A stretch of 64,000 nt of DNA from a bacterium (GTDB lineage: Bacteria; Bacteroidota; Ignavibacteria; UBA10030). Below the pieces are notes generated by a model. It was not told the origin of the DNA and searched no databases. It worked only from the letters and a program-made list of their open reading frames with translations. The translations under genes were made by a program, and so were the position numbers. Within the stretch, counting starts at the first letter, position 1. Every line of letters begins with the position of its first letter. The stretch covers positions 96,001-160,000 of the forward strand of contig JAZDJN010000054.1 of assembly GCA_043803945.1 (NCBI GenBank). The letters are read 5' to 3'. Below, in pieces: positions 7,851 through 16,761 of this stretch.

Positions 7851-9266
7851 CTAATAAGCATCCTCCCCAAACAGAACTGTCCGAATGGTTTTAAGGATAA
7901 TCTTTATATCGAACACGAGCGACCAGTTTTCGATGTAGTAGATATCGAATTTAGTCCGCTCCTCGATTGGAGCATTCCCTCTTAGGCCATTCACCTGAGC
8001 CCATCCTGTCATACCGGTTTTCATGCGATGACGGTCGAGGTATTTTGGAATTTGCTTTTTAAACTGTTCGACAAAGAATGTCCGTTCCGGCCGCGGGCCC
8101 ACGATACTCATCTCACCCTGGAGAACATTAAATAGCTGGGGAAGTTCATCGAGACTGAATCGGCGGAGAAATTTTCCGATGCCTGTCGTTCGTGGATCAT
8201 TCTTCGATGCCCACACTGGTCCCGTCGTCTGTTCAGCATCTATCCGCATTGTCCGGAATTTTATTAACTGGAATGGATCGCCATCCAATCCGACACGCTC
8301 CTGACGATAAAATACCGGACCCTTTGAACTCAACTTAATGAGCAATGCAATGAGGAGAATGATCGGGCTCACGAGGATGATGACAATGGCCGAGAAGAGC
8401 AGATCGAACACGCTCTTGATGATACGATTCCAGGTGGTAAGCGGAATGGTCTTGATTTTGATGAAGGGAATTCCCTCTAATTCTTTGATCCGCACCTGGC
8501 TGGTCATGAGTTCAAGTAAGTCCGGTACCATCATGATCTCCGTATTGAGGCCCTCACATTCCTCAACCAATTCATAGAGCACGGGGTACTCTTTGTAATT
8601 CAATGCGATGAGCACAACGTCGATTTGATGATCGCGGATATAGGCTGGGACAGATTTTACCGATCCAAGGAAAACTGCATGCTGTGAACTCAATCGCTCC
8701 TGGTCATCTGTAGCAAAGTACCCGTCGATCCTGTATCCCAGGAATGGATTTGATCTGATTTTTAAAAAGATGCGATCTGCCGTGGCATTGGTACCGACAA
8801 TGATGGCATTCTTTATATCCCTGCCGCGAGCATACCATGACTGCTCGAACTTCAATACAAGAAACCTGCCGAGGGCAAGAAAGGTAATGGCAGAGAATCC
8901 AAGAATGGCAAAGACAATCCGCGAAAAAGAGAATGCCCGGTAAAAGAAAGCGGCCGCCATCACAATGAGCATTCCGATTGTCACAACCCGGATGATAGCG
9001 AAGAACTCATCGGAGAAATAAAGAATCCTTCTTGAATCGTACATCGATCGTGCATTAAAAAGAAAAAGCCACATGGGGATAACAAAGAGAGAACCGATAA
9101 TATATGCTTCAATGGGCGGGAAGCCTAAGGTGACCGGTATATAGCTGATGAGGGGGGAGTAAAATCGTACCCAGTACGAAAATATAAATGCAGCCTCAAT
9201 GGCAATGATATCCGAAAGAACTGTCAGAAGGGGGATGAGAAAATCTTTGCGTGATGATGAGGGCAT
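7851..9266 (-). CDS. Undecaprenyl-phosphate glucose phosphotransferase (WcaJ family)
   Basis: KFRTM, RFSLDELPQLFNVLQGEMSIVGPRPE, GMTGWAQVNG and DIYYIENWS motifs; 4+1 TM helices. Confidence 0.92.
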   Translation of the reverse strand: MPSSSRKDFLIPLLTVLSDIIAIEAAFIFSYWVRFYSPLISYIPVTLGFPPIEAYIIGSLFVIPMWLFLFNARSMYDSRRILYFSDEFFAIIRVVTIGMLIVMAAAFFYRAFSFSRIVFAILGFSAITFLALGRFLVLKFEQSWYARGRDIKNAIIVGTNATADRIFLKIRSNPFLGYRIDGYFATDDQERLSSQHAVFLGSVKSVPAYIRDHQIDVVLIALNYKEYPVLYELVEECEGLNTEIMMVPDLLELMTSQVRIKELEGIPFIKIKTIPLTTWNRIIKSVFDLLFSAIVIILVSPIILLIALLIKLSSKGPVFYRQERVGLDGDPFQLIKFRTMRIDAEQTTGPVWASKNDPRTTGIGKFLRRFSLDELPQLFNVLQGEMSIVGPRPERTFFVEQFKKQIPKYLDRHRMKTGMTGWAQVNGLRGNAPIEERTKFDIYYIENWSLVFDIKIILKTIRTVLFGEDAY

Positions 9267-9397
9267 TGAATTTGTGATTGTCGATTAACGATTTAGGGTT
9301 GACGATTTACGATTTGCGTCTAGAGATTGAAAAGAATTCTCAGGATAGTACACCAAAACCTAAACATTTTTAATTTTTCATTTTGAATTTTTAATTG

Positions 9398-10003
9398 TCA
9401 TCCAAACATCTCCTGTTCCACTTCCTGGAAAATTATATGGCCAACGGTGATATGCCCCTCCTGAATTCGTTGTGTATCCAGAGAGGGGATAATGATGGCA
9501 AGATCAACAAGATTTTTGGAAATCCCACCATCGTTTCCCAGAAGCCCAATTGTCACCATCTTTTTTTCTTTCGCCATTGTGAATGCCCGGTTCACGCTTT
9601 CCGAATTGCCGCTTGTGCTGATCCCGATCAACACATCCCCTTCATTCCCCAAGGCTTCAACTGAACGTGCAAATACAGCGTCATATCCAAGATCATTTGC
9701 ACCCGCCGTAAGATTCGATGTATCGGTTGTTAGCGCTATGGCGGGCAGCCCCGGACGTTTGATCTTAGGATTCAAACGGATGACAAACTCAGTGGCCAAA
9801 TGCTGAGCATCGGCAGCGCTGCCGCCGTTTCCACACAGCAGGATTTTTTTCTTTTTGTTCAGTGCATCGATAATCAAATCGATGGCTTTAACAATGTGGG
9901 GGGTGCATTCCTCGGCAATCTTTTTCTTGACGGCAGAACTTTCATTGAGAGAATCAAGTATGAATTTTTGCCGGTATACGAGTGTCAGCGGTAAATGAGC
10001 CAT
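9398..10003 (-). CDS. gmhA: Phosphoheptose isomerase
   Basis: CGNGGSAADAQH, ISTSGNS and TQRIQEGH motifs. Confidence 0.93.
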   Translation of the reverse strand: MAHLPLTLVYRQKFILDSLNESSAVKKKIAEECTPHIVKAIDLIIDALNKKKKILLCGNGGSAADAQHLATEFVIRLNPKIKRPGLPAIALTTDTSNLTAGANDLGYDAVFARSVEALGNEGDVLIGISTSGNSESVNRAFTMAKEKKMVTIGLLGNDGGISKNLVDLAIIIPSLDTQRIQEGHITVGHIIFQEVEQEMFG

Positions 10004-10132
10004 AGGAAATGAGCAAATGGTGAATTCTGAATCTTATAAAAATGTTGAACGATGATTGAAACTACATCTTACCTTGAGGCGCTGGAACTCGCCTGTTGAA
10101 AATGCATTGCATCCTACTCCTGGCTTCCATGC

Positions 10133-10876
10133 TCAGCGTTGGTGAACAGCTTCGGCAAAATCACGGATCATGGAGTGGTTATTCTTCCCCTCCATCACCG
10201 TTCCGGTCACGACGAATGAAGCTCCTGCTGCGACTTTGGATCTCGCCTCCTCGGGCTTCTTGATGCCGCCTCCGACAATCAGCGGCAGAGTGCAGTGCTT
10301 CGCTATTGCGGCGATCATGGATTCAGGGACGGATTCTTCAGCGCCGCTGCCGGCCTCAAGATACAACAGTTTTAATCCTAGTAATTCACCGGCAAGTGCG
10401 TGAGCCAGTGCAATATCCGGCTTATTCCTTGGAATCGGACGCGTACCGCTCATAAATTCAGCCGAGGTTGTCCTGCCCGATTCAATGAGCATATAACCAG
10501 TTGGGATGGCCTCGAGGTTTGCTCGTTTGATCATAGGAGCTGCCAGGACATGGTTTCCGATCAGATACTCAGCATTTCTTCCGCTGATGAGGGAAAGGAA
10601 TAAAATTGCATCAGCCGCCCGAGAGACCTGCTGAACACCTCCGGGGAAGATAATTACGGGAACGTTTGTGTTTTTCTTAACGAGCGCAATCTGCCGTTCA
10701 AATCCATCGGTGAGTATCAAACTGCCTCCGATGAGAAATGCATCCACTCCGGATTCGGTTGCATTCTGAATAAAATCTGGTAATTGAGCTTCATCGTTCT
10801 TATCCGGGTCAAGAAGAATGAAATACCCCGCACCTCGGCGTTCTTTAATGGAAAGTAATGTTTCAAAGGTCTTCAC
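10133..10876 (-). CDS. Geranylgeranylglyceryl/heptaprenylglyceryl phosphate synthase (PcrB/GGGPS family, group II-like)
   Basis: LLDPDK, FLIGGS, IIFPG, ADAILFLSLISGRN, YLEAGSGA, VGGGI and VTGT motifs. Confidence 0.92.
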   Translation of the reverse strand: MKTFETLLSIKERRGAGYFILLDPDKNDEAQLPDFIQNATESGVDAFLIGGSLILTDGFERQIALVKKNTNVPVIIFPGGVQQVSRAADAILFLSLISGRNAEYLIGNHVLAAPMIKRANLEAIPTGYMLIESGRTTSAEFMSGTRPIPRNKPDIALAHALAGELLGLKLLYLEAGSGAEESVPESMIAAIAKHCTLPLIVGGGIKKPEEARSKVAAGASFVVTGTVMEGKNNHSMIRDFAEAVHQR

Positions 10877-10885
10877 GTGTTACCC

Positions 10886-13705
10886 TCAATGCTGTAAATA
10901 CGATTGAATGATGGTTTCAACAGATTTGAGAGCATCATCGAGCTTGACGATATCTTTTCCGCCTGCTGTTGCCAGATGAGCTCTGCCGCCTCCACCGCCG
11001 CCGATGAGCTTTGCGACACTTCCAACAATTTTCCCGGCTTCGAGTTTGTTCTTTTTAATAATATCATCGGTCACGACACAAACGAGGGATACCTTACCAT
11101 CGATGATGGAGGCAAGAAGTCCGACACCGGAACCCAGTTTTGTCCTCAAGTTATCGCCAAGCGATTTCATTTCATCTGCCGAACCGGCTTCAACGAGTGC
11201 GCTGATGACCTTGATCCCTGCGACGAAGCCTGCCGACTGGATGAGCGCATCGATGTTTCCGGAGAGCGATTTTAAACGATGGTGAGCGAGTTCTTTATCG
11301 AGAGACCTTTTCTTCTCGCTCAGGTCAATAATGAGGCTTTCAATCTGTACCGCCCGACTCTCAATCGATTGGAAGAGTAAACCAAGTGTCTGGTCGATGC
11401 CGCCAATTGAAGTGGTTTGCTTGAGCTGATGGAGATTCTTTCCTATGAGATCTACTGAATCGGCAATTCGTTTTGCTGCATTGGAATCGCTCTGTGCCAG
11501 CTCATTGGAGAGATGAAGGATCTCCTCCAATTGAGTGAAGGCGTATTCAATGCGCTCGGATGCATTCTGAGATTGCAGCTTCAGGAGCTCCGTGGCATAA
11601 TCTCCTGTCACCGCTTCAACACGACGAACGCCGCTGGCAATGCTTCCTTCCGATTTGAATTTGAAGTACCCGATGTCACCCGTTGAACGGACATGCGTAC
11701 CGCCGCAGAACTCAAGCGTGTAATTTCCAAATTGGACAACATTGACAAAATCGCCGTATTTATCGCCGAAGAACATCAGCGCACCCATTTTCTTTGCTTC
11801 CTCAAACGACACATTGCGATGATGGCTCAGCTTGAGGTCTTCGCGAATCTTCTCGTTCACCATTTCTTCAATGGCTTTCAGTTCCTCCTCGGTGACTTTG
11901 GCGAAGTGAGTATAATCGAAGCGTAGATAATCGGGGGCAACCAAGGATCCTGATTGATGGACGTGAGTGCCGAGTAATTTTCGTAATGCCGCATGAAGAA
12001 GGTGAGTGGCCGAGTGATTTCGCATAATGGCAGAACGGCGCTGCTGATTGACGGCTGCAGTAACCTTATCACCAGCGTGAACGGGGGCCGCTTCCGCAAG
12101 GATGTGGACGTGGAGAGGCCCAATCTTTTGAGTGTCATGAACATTGAACTCCTGCTGGCCGAAGAGTATCATTCCCTGATCGCCCACCTGGCCGCCCGAT
12201 TCACCGTAGAAGGGAGTCGAATCGAGAACCAGAAGATGGCGCTCTCCTTTCAGTACCGTCGCCTGCGTCGTCAGCGATTCATATCCGATAAAGTGAGTCT
12301 GGTCGTCAGGAATGGTTCTGATAAATTCCTGAAGAGTCTCCCTTCCCGGTACATAGATCGTCAGCGATGATTCATCGGCAGAATCGGCTTTTCCCTCTGC
12401 TGAACGAGAACGCTCCCGCTGCTGCTTCATAAGCCTCTCAAAGCCGGATTCATCAACCTCTAGTCCTCGTTCCCGGGCGAGTAATGCGGTGAGATCGGCT
12501 GGAAATCCAAACGTATCATACAACCTGAACAGATCTTCACCCGGTACTTTGTTCAATCCGTTTGTTGTTACGTTCTTGACGACATCCTCAAAAATATCCA
12601 ATCCTCTATCCAGGGTTGCATTAAAACTTTCCTCTTCACCCTTTACAACTTTTTGAATATGATTCTGTTTCTCAACGATTTCCGGGAAAACGCTTCCCAT
12701 GGTTTGGACGAGTGTTGGTACAAGTTTGTAGATGAAGGGTTCACGGAGTTCAAGTGTCCGGCCAAAGCGTGCAGCACGCCTCAAGAGCCTTCGTAATACA
12801 TAACCGCGGCCATCGTTTGAAGGAATCGCTCCATCTCCAATAGCGAATGTCAGTGTACGTATGTGGTCGGCGATGACCCGCATAGCGATATCAACGTCGA
12901 GGTCGAGTTTGCCGGTGTATTCCTTTCCGCTTAACCTCGAAATTTCATTGATGAGCGGCGAGAAGACATCGGTATCATAATTTGAACTGTGCTCTTGCAG
13001 TACGGAACAGATACGCTCGAATCCCATCCCGGTGTCGACATGCTTCGCAGGGAGAGGAGTTAGTGTTCCATTTGCATCCCGATTGTACTGGATAAAGACA
13101 AGATTCCAGATTTCCATGACCTCAGCGACGCCGGCATTCACCATAGACGCCGTTGCAGTACCACTTGGTGTTCTGTCGATGTGTATTTCCGAACATGGGC
13201 CGCACGGACCGGTCTCGCCCATTTCCCAGAAATTATCCTTCTCAGCAAAGCGCAGAATATGGCTGTGGTTGATATCGGTGACAGTTTTCCAATATTCTTC
13301 AGCTTCCTCATCGTTGTTATAGACAGTTGCCCAGAGCCGGTTTTTGGGCAGCTTCCACACATTCGTCAAGAGGTCCCATGCCCACTCAATAGCTTCTTTC
13401 TTGTAGTAATCGCCAAAGGACCAGTTACCGAGCATCTCAAAAAATGTATGATGATAGGTATCCCGTCCAACCTCTTCAAGATCGTTGTGTTTACCGCTGA
13501 CGCGAATACACTTTTGTGTGTTTGCTGCACGCGTGTAATTGCGTTTGCCGGCTCCGAGGAAAACGTCCTTGAATTGATTCATCCCTGCGTTCGTGAAAAG
13601 GAGCGTCGGATCGTCATAAGGAACCACGGGAGAGCTTGGAACAATCGCATGGCTATGGTTTTCAAAAAATTTTAGAAAGCTATTCCGAATTTCTGCTGAA
13701 GTCAT
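10886..13705 (-). CDS. alaS: Alanine--tRNA ligase
   Basis: DPTLLFTNAGMNQFK, HHTFFEMLGNWSFGDY, HSATH editing motif, CGGTH, GGGGGG C-Ala domain. Confidence 0.98.
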   Translation of the reverse strand: MTSAEIRNSFLKFFENHSHAIVPSSPVVPYDDPTLLFTNAGMNQFKDVFLGAGKRNYTRAANTQKCIRVSGKHNDLEEVGRDTYHHTFFEMLGNWSFGDYYKKEAIEWAWDLLTNVWKLPKNRLWATVYNNDEEAEEYWKTVTDINHSHILRFAEKDNFWEMGETGPCGPCSEIHIDRTPSGTATASMVNAGVAEVMEIWNLVFIQYNRDANGTLTPLPAKHVDTGMGFERICSVLQEHSSNYDTDVFSPLINEISRLSGKEYTGKLDLDVDIAMRVIADHIRTLTFAIGDGAIPSNDGRGYVLRRLLRRAARFGRTLELREPFIYKLVPTLVQTMGSVFPEIVEKQNHIQKVVKGEEESFNATLDRGLDIFEDVVKNVTTNGLNKVPGEDLFRLYDTFGFPADLTALLARERGLEVDESGFERLMKQQRERSRSAEGKADSADESSLTIYVPGRETLQEFIRTIPDDQTHFIGYESLTTQATVLKGERHLLVLDSTPFYGESGGQVGDQGMILFGQQEFNVHDTQKIGPLHVHILAEAAPVHAGDKVTAAVNQQRRSAIMRNHSATHLLHAALRKLLGTHVHQSGSLVAPDYLRFDYTHFAKVTEEELKAIEEMVNEKIREDLKLSHHRNVSFEEAKKMGALMFFGDKYGDFVNVVQFGNYTLEFCGGTHVRSTGDIGYFKFKSEGSIASGVRRVEAVTGDYATELLKLQSQNASERIEYAFTQLEEILHLSNELAQSDSNAAKRIADSVDLIGKNLHQLKQTTSIGGIDQTLGLLFQSIESRAVQIESLIIDLSEKKRSLDKELAHHRLKSLSGNIDALIQSAGFVAGIKVISALVEAGSADEMKSLGDNLRTKLGSGVGLLASIIDGKVSLVCVVTDDIIKKNKLEAGKIVGSVAKLIGGGGGGRAHLATAGGKDIVKLDDALKSVETIIQSYLQH

Positions 13706-13788
13706 AGAAACAGTGTGGTTTCAGAGTGGTTTGTATTAGTATCTCAAGTTACGCAAAACAAAAAATGAGACTCTTTGAAAGAAAACCT

Positions 13789-13934
13789 GGCCGCCAAGTG
13801 CGCCAAGAGCTTTATTGTTTCAATGTTTTTATAAGGATCTGAATCTATCACATTTTAATCTTGGCGTTTTGCCTGCCTGCTGCAGGCAGGGCGTTCTTGC
13901 CCGCCTGTGCGCCGCTTGCGGCGGGCAGGGCGGC
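13789..13934. mobile_element. 9-nt-periodic hairpin element carrying two micro-insertions (13872-13890 and 13900-13929)
   Basis: Left arm gccgccaagtgcgccaag; right arm cttggcgttttg[cctgcctgctgcaggcagg]gcgttcttg[cccgcctgtgcgccgcttgcggcgggcagg]gcggc. Confidence 0.7.
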
Positions 13935-13982
13935 AAATCTTTCTCGTTTCCTGGTCTTACTCAGTTCCATGCGTAACATAAG

Positions 13983-14261
13983 TTAGTATTCAATTTGTGT
14001 ATGAAGAGCAATCTCTTCAAGAACCGATGAAACTTTCAGGCATTCATCCATTGGCCCGTCAAAGATGACTGCTTTTCCATTCCTGTGTACTTCCCATGTT
14101 AAGGCTTCTGCGGTCGGTGAATCGCAGCGGATGGCTTTCATGATCTGATGAATCACCTCTTCAAAGGTGTGTATTTCGTCATTATAGAGCAGGACCTTAG
14201 CCGGTTCCTGAGTGAGAACATTACTCTCTTTTTCCTGCTCAAATTGTGTTTGTTGATCCAT
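13983..14261 (-). CDS. clpS: ATP-dependent Clp protease adaptor ClpS
   Basis: KVLLYNDEIHTFEEVI...EVHRNGKAVI motifs. Confidence 0.9.
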   Translation of the reverse strand: MDQQTQFEQEKESNVLTQEPAKVLLYNDEIHTFEEVIHQIMKAIRCDSPTAEALTWEVHRNGKAVIFDGPMDECLKVSSVLEEIALHTQIEY

Positions 14262-14292
14262 AAGTCGAGGTAATCCGAATTATAGTTACTAA

Positions 14293-14451
14293 GCCACGAA
14301 GGCACAAAGACACGAAGAGAAAACAAAATGGAGTTTACAAATATCTCGATGTGTCGATCGGGAAATAATGGAAAAACAATCTCCAAAATAATTCGTGCCT
14401 TTCCTGCCCGCATAAAGTGGTCCCAGATGGCAGGCGGGGAGACTCGGTGGC
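14293..14451. mobile_element. 9-nt-periodic hairpin element with a micro-insertion at 14403-14438
   Basis: gccacgaaggcacaaagacacgaag ... ttcgtgccttt[cctgcccgc...ggcaggcggg]gagactcggtggc. Confidence 0.65.
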
Positions 14452-14602
14452 AAAATCATTTTGCTAAAACTTTTTCCTTTTCCATATTAAAAATACTAAA
14501 AAAACGACTGCCTTTCAACAAACGAGTTAAGAGAACTGGCCCAGAAGGGGAGAGAGTGCATCGTAAAGGAAGGGCCGCAATGAATACAGGAGTTTCGAAT
14601 AT

Positions 14603-14636
14603 AAAAGAAAAGGCATCTCTTCGTCGAGATGCCTTT
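14603..14636 (-). terminator. Intrinsic terminator downstream of icd
   Basis: aaaggcatctc-N6-gagatgccttt stem with a U-rich tail on the minus strand. Confidence 0.75.
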
Positions 14637-14657
14637 AAAATTGTGAATAGAATACGA

Positions 14658-15905
14658 TCACATTTGCGCGATGATAGCGTCGCCGAACTCAGAACACTTT
14701 ACCTCTTTTGCACCCTCCATTAATCGTGCGAGGTCGTAGGTGACAGTCTTTGCCTGGATTGCTTTTTCCAATCCCTTGAGGATAAGGTCAGCCGATTCTG
14801 TCCAACCCATATAGCGCAGCATCATCTCTCCCGAGAGAATAACGGAACCGGGATTCACTTTATCCAGGTTCGCATATTTAGGAGCAGTTCCGTGAGTGGC
14901 TTCAAAGACAGCATAGCCGTTTTCGTAGTTGATATTGCCGCCGGGGGCAATGCCAATTCCCCCAACCTGTGCGGCAAGGGCATCGGAGATATAGTCGCCG
15001 TTCAAATTGAGTGTGGCGATCACATCATATTCGGCAGGGCGGGTCAGGATCTGCTGCAGGAACGCATCTGCAATTACATCTTTTATGACCATTCCATTCG
15101 GTAATCTTACCCAGGGGCCGTCATCGATGAGCGTTCCGCCGAATTCTTTCTGAGCAAGTTCATATCCCCAATCCCGAAATCCTCCTTCTGTGAACTTCAT
15201 GATATTTCCCTTGTGCACGAGCGTCACAGACTTCCGATTGTTGTCGAGTGCGTACTGGATTGCAGCGCGGACAAGTCGTTTTGTTCCTTCGATCGAAACC
15301 GGTTTAATCCCGATGCTGGATGATTCCGGAAATCGTATCTTCTTTACATTCATCTCGCTTTGAAGCCATGCAATCACTTTTTGTGCTTCCGGTGTTCCTG
15401 CTTTCCATTCTATGCCGGCATAAATGTCTTCTGTGTTTTCACGGAAGATAACCATATTAACCAGCTCTGGTTTCTTCACGGGAGAGGGGACCCCGGGGAA
15501 ATATTGAACGGGTCGCAAACAGACGTAAAGATCAAGCATTTGCCGGAGTGTGACGTTAATGGAGCGGATTCCCCCGCCAACTGGCGTCGTCAACGGTCCT
15601 TTAATCGCGACGACATGATCTTTGATTGCATGTAGAGTATCATCATGCAGCCAGGTATTGGGTCCATAAACCACATTTGCTTTTTCTCCTGCATACACTT
15701 CGAACCAGACGATCTTTCTTTTTCCATCATAGGTCTTGGCCACAGCAGCATCCATAACACGCTGAGATGCCCGCCAAATGTCGGGACCAGTCCCATCACC
15801 TTCAATAAATGGTATGATCGGGTTGTCCGGTACCAGAAGCTTTCCGTTTTGAGAGGTGATTCTCGTTCCTTCAGATGGAGGAGTTATTTTGATATATGTG
15901 CTCAT
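14658..15905 (-). CDS. icd: Isocitrate dehydrogenase (dimeric, E. coli-type, probably NADP-dependent)
   Basis: [33 protein letters not shown] and [11 protein letters not shown] motifs. Confidence 0.97.
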   Translation of the reverse strand: MSTYIKITPPSEGTRITSQNGKLLVPDNPIIPFIEGDGTGPDIWRASQRVMDAAVAKTYDGKRKIVWFEVYAGEKANVVYGPNTWLHDDTLHAIKDHVVAIKGPLTTPVGGGIRSINVTLRQMLDLYVCLRPVQYFPGVPSPVKKPELVNMVIFRENTEDIYAGIEWKAGTPEAQKVIAWLQSEMNVKKIRFPESSSIGIKPVSIEGTKRLVRAAIQYALDNNRKSVTLVHKGNIMKFTEGGFRDWGYELAQKEFGGTLIDDGPWVRLPNGMVIKDVIADAFLQQILTRPAEYDVIATLNLNGDYISDALAAQVGGIGIAPGGNINYENGYAVFEATHGTAPKYANLDKVNPGSVILSGEMMLRYMGWTESADLILKGLEKAIQAKTVTYDLARLMEGAKEVKCSEFGDAIIAQM

Positions 15906-16354
15906 GGAGTTTCTTCCTCAATAAATGTTATGGAACCTCGCTTAAGTTGCTCACGAATCAGATTGCCGTAATAGGTAAGTTCTTCATCTGAATATTGCTT
16001 CAGCGTTGTCGTCAGAGTGATATTATCTCCCGGGTAACGAGGAGTAATATGGATATGAAAATGAAATACAGATTGTCCTGCGATATGTCCATTATTTGAA
16101 AAGAAATTGAATCCTTCCAGCTTCAGGCCTATCATCAGAGCTTTGCTGATCTGTTGCGTTGCCTGCAGCACACTGTTCACCGTCTCGATTGGGAGATCCA
16201 GAAATGTTGAATAATGCACTTTAGGAATGACGAGAGTATGCCCGAGGTGGATTGGATTGATATCGAGGATGGCAATCACCAGCGCATCTTCATAAATCAG
16301 TTCGGCTGAGTTTTTACCTGCGATGATTTGACAAAAAACGCAATCACTCCACAT
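15902..16354 (-). CDS. HIT-family nucleotide hydrolase
   Basis: [23 protein letters not shown] (HxHxH triad). Confidence 0.92.
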   Translation of the reverse strand: MWSDCVFCQIIAGKNSAELIYEDALVIAILDINPIHLGHTLVIPKVHYSTFLDLPIETVNSVLQATQQISKALMIGLKLEGFNFFSNNGHIAGQSVFHFHIHITPRYPGDNITLTTTLKQYSDEELTYYGNLIREQLKRGSITFIEEETP

Positions 16355-16491
16355 ATTTTCAATAGTTCTCTCTTCTGAGAAATCCCTTCATTAACTGGCT
16401 GAATCTTACCGAAAAATGGTTCGAAAGTCAAAAGTACGAGGATGGTTTTTCAAAGGAATTTTATCTAATTGGTTCTCGCTGAAAAAAGATA

Positions 16492-16630
16492 GCCACCAAG
16501 GCACGAAGTCACTAGGAAAATCATATAATTCAAAAAAAACTTATCTTTCTTTGTGCCTTAGAGACTTTTCAACCAGAGGCTGATGCGCCCGCCTGAACGA
16601 CGTAGTCGGGCAGGCCTATGGTGCAGTGGC
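16492..16630. mobile_element. Hairpin element with a doubly nested insertion (~16569-16625, containing 16588-16614)
   Basis: gccaccaaggcacgaagtcactag ... ctttgtgccttagagacttt[tcaaccagaggctgatgcg[cccgcctgaacgacgtagtcgggcagg]cctatggtgca]gtggc. Confidence 0.65.
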
Positions 16631-16761
16631 AATTATTTCATCGAGAACTAATTAAGGAAAAAGGAAGAATGAGGCTCTTGAATCTCTCGGAGTGATTTGG
16701 TATATTTTTCCGCATTCTGGAGGTAGTCAGACATATACAATTACGTTAAAAAGGATTTGAT

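Noticed and set aside
14328-14723. 131-aa plus-strand ORF
   Set aside because: It runs through the repeat element and the icd terminator and has no recognisable motifs
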